The translations under genes were made by a program, and so were the position numbers. Positions 1 to 10,734 of a stretch of 64,000 nucleotides of DNA are shown piece by piece; the first letter of the stretch is position 1; the number at the start of each line of letters is the position of its first letter. The notes under the pieces are model-generated. The model was not told the origin of the DNA and did not search any database. It saw only the letters and a program-made list of their open reading frames with translations. The DNA lies in NCBI GenBank assembly GCA_965218695.1, contig OZ244651.1:1248001-1312000 (forward strand), read 5' to 3'. This stretch comes from Nitrosopumilus sp. (GTDB lineage: Archaea; Thermoproteota; Nitrososphaeria; Nitrososphaerales; Nitrosopumilaceae).

Positions 1-717
1 TCCGCACCCAGCATAGTGGAGGGGTCTGATGTGGTTATAGACGCACTTGATTCCGTATCCGCACGTTACGCCCTGAATGTGGCATGTGTGGATCAGTCCG
101 TTCCGTTTGTCACGGGCGGCGCCGTCGGGGTCTCCGGGCAGGTATTCAGCGTGATGCCGGACTCTGCGTGCTACAACTGCGTGTTTCCGGGGCTCTCAGA
201 CGAGATGGTGCCCTCGTGTGGTATCGAGGGGGTGCATCCGGCGATACTGGGCATGATAAGCAGCATTGAGGTGGCAGAGGCAATATCGGTAATGACTGGG
301 AATCCCCCTGCGTTGCGCAACAGAATACTGCACGTGGATATGTCATCGATGGCATTTACCCACACCGGTGTGGAGCGTGTGCAGGAATGCGGCGTATGTG
401 GGAATAAAAGGCACAGGGCAGATTCCGTTGAAGCAGTCTCAGTAGAGGAACTGTGCGGCCGTGATATGGGCAAGCGAACGTATGCAGTGACGCCGCCCCA
501 TGCCATCAAGCTGAGCGACGTACTTGCCGGCGTGGAGCCGCCTGCCATGATACAATCCCAAAGCGAGATGGGAGCCACCATACTGTTCGGCTCTGCCACA
601 ATACAGATCATGGAAGGCGGGTCTGCAATAGTCGTGGGCGCAAAGGACGAGGAGGATGTCCGGTCCACATACTCCCAGGTGGTGCAGAATGTCCGCCTGT
701 TGACAAATGATTCATAG
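1..717 (+). CDS. MoeB/ThiF/HesA-family adenylyltransferase (5'-truncated by window edge)
   Basis: Frame open from base 1; motifs VIDALDS..ARYALN, CYNC, SCGIEGV, CGVC typical of E1-like MoeB/ThiF proteins. Confidence 0.85.
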   Translation, partial: SAPSIVEGSDVVIDALDSVSARYALNVACVDQSVPFVTGGAVGVSGQVFSVMPDSACYNCVFPGLSDEMVPSCGIEGVHPAILGMISSIEVAEAISVMTGNPPALRNRILHVDMSSMAFTHTGVERVQECGVCGNKRHRADSVEAVSVEELCGRDMGKRTYAVTPPHAIKLSDVLAGVEPPAMIQSQSEMGATILFGSATIQIMEGGSAIVVGAKDEEDVRSTYSQVVQNVRLLTNDS

Positions 718-787
718 GGATTCAAATCCGACAAGTATCATCCGGAGATTGGGCAGGCAGAGATAAGAGGCGATGCCGGGCTGCATG

Positions 788-2164
788 CTAATCCGGTTCC
801 GGGTGGATGGTTATTACGGAGTTTTTGATCTCCGTCCTTATCACGCGCTCAATCTCCGTTGTGATGTCGTGTACTCTCTCGATCGACAACCCCCCGTCAA
901 AGGAGCAGTCTATGTCTATCCTGAGGATTCCCCCGAACTTGAGCGATACGATCCTGCCTATTCCTGTTACCTGGGGGTATCCTTCCAGAATGGCCCTGAT
1001 CTGCTCCTCGGTTCCTTTGTCCTCCAAGTTGAAGTCCTCGGGTACCTTCACAAACGGCTCAAGGTGGATGGTCGCGTGTCTGATCTCCGGTACGATCCGA
1101 CAGATGTCCTCCTCGACAATCTCCGATATCCTGTGCGCATCTGAGAGGCTGATCCTGCTGTCAACCATTACGTGCAGGTCGGAGAATATTCCCTGGCCTG
1201 TCCTGTATGTGCTGATGTTGTGCACCCCCATCACCCCGTCCACGCTGCCTGCGACATCAAGAATCTTTGCGTCCATGGGCACCCCGCTCCAGTTTGGCTC
1301 AAAATGGACTGTTATGGAGGCAGCCGGTATCCTCTCCTTTACGTTCCTCTCCACGCTGCTGCTTATCTCGTGGGCCCTCTCAAAGCTTGTATCGCCCCTC
1401 AGTGATACGGTAATGTCGGCAAATATCGCATCCCCTGATCTTCTCATGAGCACCTGGCCCACGCTGACTACCCCGTCTGTCCCTGAGGCGATCCTTCTGG
1501 CATCCCCTACCATCTCCGGCGAGATTGCATCAGTCAGCTCCATTGCAGTCCTGTGGATCAGCTTTATGCTCAGTGCTGCCAGCAGGCCGCCCAGGATGAG
1601 TGCTGCCACAAAGTCTCCCTGGTACAGCCCGTATGACACCAAGACTATTCCGACTATTGCGATTATGGTGGAGCCAAGATCCATGACTGCGTGGTAGTAG
1701 TCTGCCTTGACAGTCGAACCTCCGGTCTCCCTGATGGATCGTCTGAGCAGGAATATTCGAAACAGGTCGATCCCAATCGTGTATACCCCGGCAGCTACTG
1801 CAAGGATGCCCGGCAGGATCTCCGGAGGGGGGCGCTGCAGACGGCTGAGTGACTCGTATATGAAGAAGCAGGCTATCAGGAGTATGGCTATTCCGCCAAA
1901 CAGCCCCCCGAGCGACTCTATCTTTCCATGCCCGTAGGTGTGCTCGGCATCGGGAGGCCTGAGTGCCATCTTTGCGGCAAGAAGCAGTATTACCGTGACC
2001 ACGGCGTCAAGCAGCGCGTGGACGCTGTCTACTATGAATGCCAGGCTGTTGGATACCAGGCCAAGAACCAGTTCCACCAGGAACGCCGAGAATATGGCCA
2101 GAAACGAGATTTGCAGAACCCTGATTCTTTTGGCAGACATCTGTGTTTCAAGGTCATAAGACAT
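788..2164 (-). CDS. Cation diffusion facilitator (CDF) transporter with three tandem C-terminal domains
   Basis: SLAFIVDSVHALLD and HTYGHGKIESL CDF motifs, hydrophobic helices; C-terminal motif repeated three times (TVHFEP, TIHLEP, TIHPEP); start 2164 or 2140. Confidence 0.9.
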   Translation of the reverse strand: MSYDLETQMSAKRIRVLQISFLAIFSAFLVELVLGLVSNSLAFIVDSVHALLDAVVTVILLLAAKMALRPPDAEHTYGHGKIESLGGLFGGIAILLIACFFIYESLSRLQRPPPEILPGILAVAAGVYTIGIDLFRIFLLRRSIRETGGSTVKADYYHAVMDLGSTIIAIVGIVLVSYGLYQGDFVAALILGGLLAALSIKLIHRTAMELTDAISPEMVGDARRIASGTDGVVSVGQVLMRRSGDAIFADITVSLRGDTSFERAHEISSSVERNVKERIPAASITVHFEPNWSGVPMDAKILDVAGSVDGVMGVHNISTYRTGQGIFSDLHVMVDSRISLSDAHRISEIVEEDICRIVPEIRHATIHLEPFVKVPEDFNLEDKGTEEQIRAILEGYPQVTGIGRIVSLKFGGILRIDIDCSFDGGLSIERVHDITTEIERVIRTEIKNSVITIHPEPD

Positions 2165-2322
2165 ATTTGAGAATTCCAGGATCCGTGCTGCCTGATTCTG
2201 TGATTTTTCCGAGGCCCTGGCATGTCCCCTGCATTTGCATGATTCGGGCCTCCGGCGGGGATGATGCACGCGTGCCCCAAATTTACGATACTATTATTTG
2301 TGGTGTAGTGTAAATCGAACCC

Positions 2323-5300
2323 GTGTGGGCGTACCTTGCGATTCTGTTACTTGTGCCGTTTGTTGCAGACGCATATGCGGATTCAAATTCATACCTGTCC
2401 GTCTCTGCTGAGAACCCCGCATTTGACAATCATTTTGCCGGATCCATGGTGGTGGAGGTGGTCGTGTCTGATCCAAATCTGCATGAAACCAGTGAGCCTG
2501 AGGGGGTTCCCAACGTGACTGTCAACGGCGACAGGCTGCAGATGGTGCAGGCATCCAACGGGGCCTGGTATGCGTACTTTGCGGATGTTGATGCGGCTAT
2601 TGCGGCAGACGGAACGACGTCTGACGGCAATGGACTGGACTTTGGGGTGCTCTGCAGTAGTTCCACTGACAGCGAAGTGTTTGGGGCATCCTTTTCTGAC
2701 TCTGAAGGATTCTTTGTGCCCAGTTCTGACGGACTTGACTCTACAACCGGCTCCATCACGTCTAGGTGCACCGGAGATCCAACCGATTCCAATGATGTTA
2801 ACGTGGTGCGCAGGCCTCCTGCATTAAACCAGAATGATGATGTTTTACCCGGCCAGATTGGCCTGAAACCCGAGGCATGGCCTGTCATACAGCTGTTCTC
2901 ATTTTCAAAAGATGTAACCATACGGTATGAGCCGGCAGGAAGCCCGCAGCAGGTGGTTCTGCGGTATGACGAGATTCCCGGCATCACGGCCGAGGTTGAC
3001 AGGGAGATACATCCTGCAGGCTCCGAGGTGTTTGTATTCGTGTCTGACATCCAGCTGAATCAGGATCCTACCGACTGGGACTCGTGGACGTTCCAGACCG
3101 ACTCGCCTGCAAAGGTGTTCTATCATGCCTTTGACCGGAGGGGCAACAGTGCTACCAACAACAACAACGACCCGACAGACCTCTATCCGTTCCTGGGAAG
3201 GCTGGGATTTGAGGACAATGGCTTCATGGAGATTGATCCCGGCAGGATACTGAAATTCAAACCCAACGGGATTCAGCAACCGATCTTTGCATCCTCTGAC
3301 ATCATTACGCTTGTAGAAGACAAGCCCAACTCCGGCATGTTTGTAAATTATGACCGGGACAAGATCTCAAACCTGGGCGTGTCCGATACTGCACCCAGAG
3401 GCCATCCGGGATACATCCAATACAATGACGATACCATCTCTGTGCTGACCGGCTCATCCACTGCATCGCTTTCCACCAAACCTCCGATTACCATAGAGGT
3501 TGGAGAGTCAAGGCCTGGAACCAAGATACCCGTACTTTTGATCGACTCTGATCAGAATCTCAATCCCACTGCCGGTGACGATCTTCTGGTATCTCGGGCA
3601 TCTGCCAGCATTCCCACCATAAGGACAGGCTCGCCGCTGACCCTTGAGAATGCCGGCGATCTCCGGCTGTATGCATCCGGCGACGATCCACTTGGCGGGG
3701 GAGACGCGGCCACATCATCTGTTCCTGATCCGTTCTCTGCCATACTCCACATAGATGCCCCAAACGCCGTACGGACATTTGAAAAGATGTCTGTAAATCT
3801 TGGATTCTCTGCCGGTTCGCTAAGCAACCTGCTGGCCGTATCCGAGGAAGGCTCCGGCTGGATAAACCTTGACCTGAGATCCCTTGAAGAACTGGGCGTT
3901 GATGACTTTTCAAGTACCGGTATCCGTCTGTCATTTGGAAGCCTTTCGGACCCAAACCCCGTAACCGTGGTGAATCCGGGAGATCTGTCATCACCACAAC
4001 AGCTTCTCCTGATTGACCCTTCTGTAATACAACAGATCTCCTCAAGGAGTGGCACCGTCTTTGCCGTCATTGATCTTGGCCCGTCTGCCGGTGGCAGCAT
4101 TGGCAGCGAATCCTCCAGTCAGCCGATAGTTTTGGACTTTTTTTCATTTGGAGTTGTCAGGAACGACGTCATCAGCAATGCCGTGTATAGGATGGAGCTG
4201 GAAGAGGACTGGAATACTCCCGGCAACTTCAGAGGATCCATTGAGTATGTGATTGCAGATCCTGCCGGACTGGGTGCCAAAATTGCAGACAGGATAGTTC
4301 CGACCGGCAGCGACGTGGTGCTTGCCGTATCCGGAAACGACAGGATTGTCATCAACTACTCTGATCTGGCCCTAGTGGAGATCACGATACTGTCCTCGGA
4401 GGTAGGCATACAGACGCACAGCGGGGCAGTCTCCTACTCTCCATCATCCTTGAGGTTTGGCCACCCTGTTACAGTCAGGTTGGTGGATCCTGATCTGAAC
4501 ACATCCAGTGACCGAAGGGACGTATACCGCGTCATTGATGATCCTGCGTCCCCCGGCGTGGACACGGTCGGGTCAAACGGTCACACCCTGTTGGAAGTCA
4601 AGATCAAGAACGTCCGCTACCAGCGTTGCATGGTGGATGGCGTGGAGCATGGAGGACTGGCATCCACCGGATTTGTCCTGTCCGAGACGGGCCCCAGCAC
4701 AGGAGTCTTTGAGGGCTCCTTTGCGATGCCCTCCTGGATCTGCGACAAAACTGGCTCGAAACTGATATCTCCTGGCGGAGGCAGCATCGATCTCATATAC
4801 CATGACTCGCAGGATGCCTCTGGAAACCAAAACATCTTTAGTCTGAATCGGCCGGCATCCACCACCACCCCCACCACCCCCACCACCCCCACCCCCACCA
4901 CCCCTCCGGTTCCCCCCGCACGTCCGGACTCCCCTCCAGTACCCCCCATGCTGAGCCATGACCACGTATCGCTGCAGGATGGAGATTCAGCCTACGAGGT
5001 GGTCATGTCCGGAAGCATCGGAAGCGGCAACGGCGGGGCACCCCTGTCCATAACGGTTACAAATCCTGATATGACAATTGACACCTTTAGAATCCCCACG
5101 GTCGAGAACGGAAACTACCGCTCAGTCATCACCATAACTCCAAACTCACTGCCCGGACAGTACACCATCAGCCTCTCGCATGAGGGCGACGATGATGTTG
5201 GAACCCTGCTGTTTTCCGTAATATCTGACGTGATTCCGGACTGGGTACGAGACGACGCCTTGGGTTGGTCATCCGGAGCCTCATCCAACGACGGGTTTGT

Positions 5301-5487
5301 CAACGGGGTACGACACATGATTGCCATGGGAATCGTTGACGAGCCTGGCACCGGAGCAGCATCAGAGCCTGTTGTTCCTGACTGGGTCAGATACACTGCC
5401 GGGCTGTGGGCAGGCGGCCTGATATCTGACGAGGAGTTTGTACACTCAGTCCAGTACCTGATTAGAAACGGCATAATCCAGATATGA
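2323..5487 (+). CDS. Large secreted S-layer-like surface protein with Pro/Thr linker and duplicated IPxW C-terminal module
   Basis: Signal peptide; N-terminus (LSVSAEN..FDN..VEVVV.D) resembles thaumarchaeal S-layer-family proteins as recalled; TTTPTTP linker; IPDWVR/VPDWVR...EFV...QYLI..GII tail. Confidence 0.7.
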   Translation: MWAYLAILLLVPFVADAYADSNSYLSVSAENPAFDNHFAGSMVVEVVVSDPNLHETSEPEGVPNVTVNGDRLQMVQASNGAWYAYFADVDAAIAADGTTSDGNGLDFGVLCSSSTDSEVFGASFSDSEGFFVPSSDGLDSTTGSITSRCTGDPTDSNDVNVVRRPPALNQNDDVLPGQIGLKPEAWPVIQLFSFSKDVTIRYEPAGSPQQVVLRYDEIPGITAEVDREIHPAGSEVFVFVSDIQLNQDPTDWDSWTFQTDSPAKVFYHAFDRRGNSATNNNNDPTDLYPFLGRLGFEDNGFMEIDPGRILKFKPNGIQQPIFASSDIITLVEDKPNSGMFVNYDRDKISNLGVSDTAPRGHPGYIQYNDDTISVLTGSSTASLSTKPPITIEVGESRPGTKIPVLLIDSDQNLNPTAGDDLLVSRASASIPTIRTGSPLTLENAGDLRLYASGDDPLGGGDAATSSVPDPFSAILHIDAPNAVRTFEKMSVNLGFSAGSLSNLLAVSEEGSGWINLDLRSLEELGVDDFSSTGIRLSFGSLSDPNPVTVVNPGDLSSPQQLLLIDPSVIQQISSRSGTVFAVIDLGPSAGGSIGSESSSQPIVLDFFSFGVVRNDVISNAVYRMELEEDWNTPGNFRGSIEYVIADPAGLGAKIADRIVPTGSDVVLAVSGNDRIVINYSDLALVEITILSSEVGIQTHSGAVSYSPSSLRFGHPVTVRLVDPDLNTSSDRRDVYRVIDDPASPGVDTVGSNGHTLLEVKIKNVRYQRCMVDGVEHGGLASTGFVLSETGPSTGVFEGSFAMPSWICDKTGSKLISPGGGSIDLIYHDSQDASGNQNIFSLNRPASTTTPTTPTTPTPTTPPVPPARPDSPPVPPMLSHDHVSLQDGDSAYEVVMSGSIGSGNGGAPLSITVTNPDMTIDTFRIPTVENGNYRSVITITPNSLPGQYTISLSHEGDDDVGTLLFSVISDVIPDWVRDDALGWSSGASSNDGFVNGVRHMIAMGIVDEPGTGAASEPVVPDWVRYTAGLWAGGLISDEEFVHSVQYLIRNGIIQI
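4858..4947 (+). repeat. Low-complexity ACC/CCC repeat encoding Thr/Pro linker
   Basis: ACCACCCCC repeated in tandem, translating STTTPTTPTTPTPTTPPVPP. Confidence 0.8.
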
Positions 5488-5602
5488 TCTGTTCCTAGTG
5501 CAGCCAGGTTTTAGGGCACTACGATCAAACTTGTAACGGTATGAACAAATACGTGTCTTGGTCAATTTTCAGGCATGATTTGGGCGTGTACTGGCTTATT
5601 AA

Positions 5603-5613
5603 ATACATAAATA
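5603..5613 (+). promoter_or_regulatory. TATA-containing promoter motif ATACATAAATA
   Basis: 25 nt upstream of ATG 5639; identical 11-mer lies 24 nt upstream of the genes starting at 17670 and 18874. Confidence 0.65.
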
Positions 5614-5638
5614 ACCTCGCATTGTCAGTAATTCCAAG

Positions 5639-6670
5639 ATGAAGTCAGGCATGTTTCTTACCGTATTGTTAGCTGTGTCAATACTTTCATACGGCATCCC
5701 TGTGGATGTCTTTGCTGACAACCACGACATCCTGCCCTTGACAGTCACTACCGACTCATCTGAGTATGGTTCAGGCGATAGGATTGCAATTAACGGTTCC
5801 ATTAAAGACTATGATCCTGACAGGGATAGAGGCGATGCCATTACCATTCAGATAAGAAATGTCGACACCAATAATCTTGTACATATTGCGCAGCCCGCTC
5901 TGAAATCTGACGGCACCTTCAGACACAACCTTGTTGCACAAGGCGACAAATGGAAGAGCGGCGATTATACAATCTCGGTGAAATTTGGCACCGCACTTAA
6001 CGGTGAGGCGACAATTGCATACACTGCATCAGACACGCCGCCACCTCCACCTCCACGGGTTGTGCCCCCGACGCCACCTCCACCTCCACCCCCACCGGAG
6101 CCACCAGAGGTTACACCCCCACCAACGGTTGCACCACCGCCACCGCCACCGCCACCTGGGGTTGACCCAGAACCACCAGACACAACCGAGCCTCCTCCAC
6201 CACCACCACCACCGGAGAACATCTGCGGAGAAGGCACCCATCTTGTAGATGGGGTCTGTGAAAAGATTCCAGATGATGATAATGGTACCGGCGGATGCCT
6301 GATTGCGACTGCAGCATACGGCACCGAACTTGCACCACAGGTTCAGATCCTGAGGGAGATAAGGGACAATACCGTGATGGGCACTGCCTCTGGCGCATCG
6401 TTCATGGCAGGCTTCAACCAGTTGTACTATTCATTCTCGCCAACCATCGCTGACTTGGAAAGAGAGAATCCAATCTTCCGGGATGCAGTTCGGGCGTTTA
6501 TCACTCCGATGATCTCCACGCTGTCGATCATGACTCTTGCCGACGGCGGCTCTGAGGTCCAAGTGCTGGGACTGGGCATATCTGTGATTGCACTGAATCT
6601 GGCCATGTATATTGCAGCACCTGCGCTGGTAGGGTTTACCATCCACAAGCAGGTAAGATCTAGGCTGTAA
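5639..6670 (+). CDS. CFI-box-CTERM domain surface protein with poly-proline linker
   Basis: Signal peptide, Ig-like region, long PPPP tract, GGCLIATAAYGTELAPQVQ motif, C-terminal TM helix. Confidence 0.85.
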   Translation: MKSGMFLTVLLAVSILSYGIPVDVFADNHDILPLTVTTDSSEYGSGDRIAINGSIKDYDPDRDRGDAITIQIRNVDTNNLVHIAQPALKSDGTFRHNLVAQGDKWKSGDYTISVKFGTALNGEATIAYTASDTPPPPPPRVVPPTPPPPPPPPEPPEVTPPPTVAPPPPPPPPGVDPEPPDTTEPPPPPPPPENICGEGTHLVDGVCEKIPDDDNGTGGCLIATAAYGTELAPQVQILREIRDNTVMGTASGASFMAGFNQLYYSFSPTIADLERENPIFRDAVRAFITPMISTLSIMTLADGGSEVQVLGLGISVIALNLAMYIAAPALVGFTIHKQVRSRL

Positions 6671-6915
6671 AACAGGCAACCTTTTGTGTGAATGATTATT
6701 CTGTATGATGCCTGCCGGCCTTTGTACCGTTTCTGGGAATGCCGTGTTCCACATCCGTGACTGATGGGAGCAGACACGTGGGGAGGGGAGGGGATCGCAT
6801 TGAGCCTGTCCGGAGAGATGCCTGCGCCGCATGCAGATTCATGGTACAGGACTCAGGACATTCCGGGTGGGTGAATGACTCTAGGTTATTATATTCAGGC
6901 AGCTTATTGTATACA

Positions 6916-7239
6916 ATGCATATTGAATATGAGGAATTTGAAACACTTGAGGACATCTTTATGTACATGGCCTCGGTTGCGCCGCCAATGAAGAACACGA
7001 TGCCAATCAACTCGTACAAGGGATACGTCATGTCGTTTATCCCGCTCAGCTCTTCTGCCATGGATACCTATCTGATGATATACGCAAACGGTTCCCTTGA
7101 GCCCGGAATATACGAGTTTTCCGTATCCACGAAATCCTACAAAAAGGTCACCTCAATTGAGCGTGCAGACAAGATCTATTTTGTGTGTCTGACTCCGAAA
7201 CGGAACACGATAGCAGACTCGGCACTGGCCAGTCTATAA
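6916..7239 (+). CDS. Hypothetical protein
   Basis: MHIEYEEFETLED.. with TTTATTATAT TATA-like element about 25 nt upstream; start moved from ORF track 6739 to 6916. Confidence 0.7.
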   Translation: MHIEYEEFETLEDIFMYMASVAPPMKNTMPINSYKGYVMSFIPLSSSAMDTYLMIYANGSLEPGIYEFSVSTKSYKKVTSIERADKIYFVCLTPKRNTIADSALASL

Positions 7240-8814
7240 TTTCTTTGTCTGGATTTTGGGCGCAGATACGGAGAGACTCCTCGCGTACTTGTTGACAATC
7301 TCGTCAGGGGTTCTGCCGTTGAAGAGATCCTTGCACAGGCCCCTGAGATATCTCATTATCGCCCATGTGCCTGCCTTGAGAATACCATACATGAATACCT
7401 TCATTGGGGGCCCGTACGTCTTGTTTCTGAGGATGATTGGAATGATGTCGTTGATCACCCTTAGGTTGTTCTCCCAGCACTTCCAAAACAGCGTAAACTG
7501 TGCCTCGTTGAGGTTTCCAAAGTGCATCGAATTCTTCTCGCTAAAGTCCTGATAGAGCAGCGGGGCGACAAGTCCCCTAAAGCCCATCTCCCTAAAGTCC
7601 CTCATCATGTCTATGGTGTACTGGACGTCGTCCGGAGTCTCGTCAGGCCAGCCTATGATTATGGTGGCTGCCGGAAACCAGTGATTCTTGTTGAGAATGT
7701 TTGCCCCCTCCCTTACAACGCTCCCCCATTCATCAGGAGAAAACGGCCTCGTCTTGACTCCAAGATGCTTCTTTACCATTGCAGGGGAGACTGTCTCTAT
7801 TCCGAGGTTGGTTGCAAGCCATCTTCCCGTCTCATGCTGTCTGTTGATGTGCGAGATATCGTGCATCAGGGTGGGGTCTGCTGCAACTGCCGAAAACGTC
7901 ATGTGGGTGGTTCCGACAAAGTTTGCCCCGAGCGACTTGAGTCCCTTCCACAGGTCAGTTATCGCGTCCCGGTTTGGGATAAAGTCCCTGTTGTCGCATC
8001 CATAAAGCAGCATCTCGTCTGAGTGCAGCCAGATTGAGTCAAATCCGTAATCCAGGTTGATCTTGGCCTCGTGCTGCAGCCTGTCCAGCGGGAGATCCTT
8101 CTTTGATCTCTTGTTTACATCACAAAAGTCGCATCCCCTGCCGCAGCCCCTCATCGCCTCGATGAGCGAATTGATTGTGGGACCCTCGATTATGGGTATG
8201 TTTTCAAGATTTCTTACAAAGCAGTGCATGAGCTCGGGGGCATCGTCCTTTTCCAGATCCTGAAACAGATCCACTGCAAGCTCGTCGGCCTCTCCCACGA
8301 CTACCGTGTCGATCCCGTGGATCTTCATCCTGTCTGACTTTGCAAGCTCCCATGCGCCATTCCCTCCTACCACCACCTTGAAGTCGTACTTTTTCTTCAG
8401 CTGGATGATATCGGCACACATCTTCTTGAACTTCATTGCGACATAGGATAGCTTCTCCGGGGACATCGTGGTGGTAACCGGAGCCATTCCAAGCGGATCC
8501 ATGACGTTGATTCCAAGAACCTTGGTGTCTGGCCCCACTGACTTGTGCAACATCTCGGGGTGTGCCATAAAGACGTCTTCCCTCTTGTATCCTCCCTGAA
8601 GCAGTGAGCTCTCCACCCTTCTCAGTCCCACTTGGGCAACCTTGACCTGACCGGTGACCTTGTCTGTCTCTACTGATGGGCAGAAGACCTTGTCAAAGAC
8701 CCATTCCGGGAGAACCTCGTATGGGCCGCATGCGATAAATCCATACAGAAAGTTTCCGCGATAGTTTGTCATGAGACTACGATCAGCAGTAAGAACGATG
8801 CGTTTTCCAGACAA
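7234..8814 (-). CDS. B12-binding radical SAM protein, candidate GDGT ring synthase (Grs-like)
   Basis: CGRGCDFC CxxxCxxC motif; N-terminal IVLTADRSLM..Y and VVVGG..GEAD cobalamin-binding-type region; Grs assignment is an inference from family recall. Confidence 0.75.
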   Translation of the reverse strand: MSGKRIVLTADRSLMTNYRGNFLYGFIACGPYEVLPEWVFDKVFCPSVETDKVTGQVKVAQVGLRRVESSLLQGGYKREDVFMAHPEMLHKSVGPDTKVLGINVMDPLGMAPVTTTMSPEKLSYVAMKFKKMCADIIQLKKKYDFKVVVGGNGAWELAKSDRMKIHGIDTVVVGEADELAVDLFQDLEKDDAPELMHCFVRNLENIPIIEGPTINSLIEAMRGCGRGCDFCDVNKRSKKDLPLDRLQHEAKINLDYGFDSIWLHSDEMLLYGCDNRDFIPNRDAITDLWKGLKSLGANFVGTTHMTFSAVAADPTLMHDISHINRQHETGRWLATNLGIETVSPAMVKKHLGVKTRPFSPDEWGSVVREGANILNKNHWFPAATIIIGWPDETPDDVQYTIDMMRDFREMGFRGLVAPLLYQDFSEKNSMHFGNLNEAQFTLFWKCWENNLRVINDIIPIILRNKTYGPPMKVFMYGILKAGTWAIMRYLRGLCKDLFNGRTPDEIVNKYARSLSVSAPKIQTKKL

Positions 8815-8934
8815 CTATCACAATTCGTTGAAGTATGATATATATCATTTACGAGAATATCCAGAATCCCGGCGGTTCCTTCATCCTGGAATAGGCCATC
8901 TCGCGGTTCAGGCCAGTCTTTGGGGTGCCTGCTG

Positions 8935-9738
8935 TTACGGCGCACCAGTTCCGTCCGCTTGCCTTGTGCCTCTTCTTGCGGCCCTGTTTGCGATGTTTGC
9001 AGCTATCCCGCCTGCTGCAATTCCATTGTCTATGTTTACCACAGACAGCCCTGACGAGCAGCTTTGAAGCATCGAGGCCAGGGCGGCCATCCCCTTCTGG
9101 CCGTATCCGTATCCCACGGAGGTCGGAACCCCGATAACCGGTATGTCCACCATGGATGAGACAAGCGTGGCCAGCGCGCCTTCCATTCCTGCAACCACTA
9201 CGATGCAGTCCACGCCCTCCCTGACCATCTCTTTGAGGACCGGAAAGATTCTCTGGATTCCTGCAACCCCCACGTCGTAGCTTGTGATGCACCTGCACCT
9301 CATCGCCTCGCACATGAGCCTGGACTCCTCTGCAACCCCGATGTCCGAAGTTCCTGCAGTGAGTATTCCGACCTTTCCATTGCCGGGCACTATGGGCCTC
9401 TTGAAGAGCAGCATGGCAGACGAGCTTCTTCCGATGCTTGTCATGACCTTGAGCTCCTCTGCCAGCGCGATGATCCTTGGGCGATCCTCCTTCCTAATCC
9501 TTGACACCAGTACAGAGTCTGTCTTTTCCAGGGTCTTCCTGATGATCTCCTCTGTCTGGTCCGGTTCCTTTGTCTCTGCAAGGATCACCTCCGGGACGCC
9601 CCTCCTGGCCTGTCTGCCTATGTCGATCTTTGCAAACCCCTCGATCTCTTCTATGGAGTGCAGCGAGATCATCCTGCCTGCCTCGTCCACTGATATGTTT
9701 CCTGCCTTGAGCGATTCAAGAATCTCGTACAGATCCAA
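8935..9738 (-). CDS. larB: Nickel-pincer cofactor biosynthesis protein LarB
   Basis: R.GVPEVI, TAGTSD, DVGVAG, VVAGMEGAL, PTSVGYG, VVNIDNG motifs (PurE-like fold). Confidence 0.92.
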   Translation of the reverse strand: MDLYEILESLKAGNISVDEAGRMISLHSIEEIEGFAKIDIGRQARRGVPEVILAETKEPDQTEEIIRKTLEKTDSVLVSRIRKEDRPRIIALAEELKVMTSIGRSSSAMLLFKRPIVPGNGKVGILTAGTSDIGVAEESRLMCEAMRCRCITSYDVGVAGIQRIFPVLKEMVREGVDCIVVVAGMEGALATLVSSMVDIPVIGVPTSVGYGYGQKGMAALASMLQSCSSGLSVVNIDNGIAAGGIAANIANRAARRGTRQADGTGAP

Positions 9739-9771
9739 CGTTGGTCTTGTCCGGTATTGGTAAAAAAAGGC

Positions 9772-10689
9772 TTAGTCTCCTGCTACCGCCTGGATGGCGT
9801 TCTTGACGCTCCTGACTCCGTTGTCATAGACCTGCCTCTCCTCGTCATTCAGGTCAAGCTCGATAATCTTGTTGATGCCGTCCCTTCCTATTACTGCCGG
9901 CACCCCGATCGTGACATCCGAATGGCCGTACTCTCCGTCAAGGTATGCTGCAACCGGAATTACCTGCCTTGCATCCCTCTTGACAGACTCGATTATGGTT
10001 GCTATGGCGTTTCCAGGGGCGTGCACCGTGGCGCCCTTGAGCGATATGACCTCTGCTGCAACCTGCCTTGTGTCGAGGACCAGGCCGTCCATCTCCTCTT
10101 TTGAGAGTATGTCTGAGAGCGGAATTCCCGACACTGATGAGAACCTTGGCAGGGGAAGCATGTTCTCGCCGTGTTCCCCTATTACCAGCGCCCTTATGGA
10201 GTCACGGGAGTATCCTGTGGCCTCGTGTATGAACTGCTTGAATCTGGACAGGTCAAGCATTCCGCCCATTCCAACCACCCTGCTTCTGTCAAGTCCGGAG
10301 TTCTTGTATGCAATGTACGCCATTGGATCCAAGGGGTTGGTCACCGGGATTATCATGGCATCCTGCGCATGCTTTTTGATCTCGCCCACCACGCTCTTTA
10401 CCACCGATGCGTTAATCTTTAGCAGATCCATTCTTGTCATTCCGGGTTTTCTTCCAGAGCCTGCGACCACGACTACGATGTCTGAGCCCTTCATGTCTGC
10501 AAAGTCGTTGGAGCCTTTTACCTCGACGTCGATTCCCTGCTCTGAGAGCATGTGGTTCAGGTCCATGGCCTCTCCCTGCGGAAGTCCCTTGATTAGATCC
10601 AGTAGCAGGATTTGATCATCCAGACGCCTCAATGCAGAAAACAATGCCGCGTCTCCGCCAACCTTTCCGGAACCAACAATGGTAATCAT
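9772..10689 (-). CDS. mdh: Malate dehydrogenase (LDH-like)
   Basis: GSGKVG Rossmann motif, [22 protein letters not shown]. Confidence 0.93.
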   Translation of the reverse strand: MITIVGSGKVGGDAALFSALRRLDDQILLLDLIKGLPQGEAMDLNHMLSEQGIDVEVKGSNDFADMKGSDIVVVVAGSGRKPGMTRMDLLKINASVVKSVVGEIKKHAQDAMIIPVTNPLDPMAYIAYKNSGLDRSRVVGMGGMLDLSRFKQFIHEATGYSRDSIRALVIGEHGENMLPLPRFSSVSGIPLSDILSKEEMDGLVLDTRQVAAEVISLKGATVHAPGNAIATIIESVKRDARQVIPVAAYLDGEYGHSDVTIGVPAVIGRDGINKIIELDLNDEERQVYDNGVRSVKNAIQAVAGD

Positions 10690-10734
10690 GGAGTTGCTAT
10701 TCAGGCATACGTAATTAAACTTAATGACATACAT

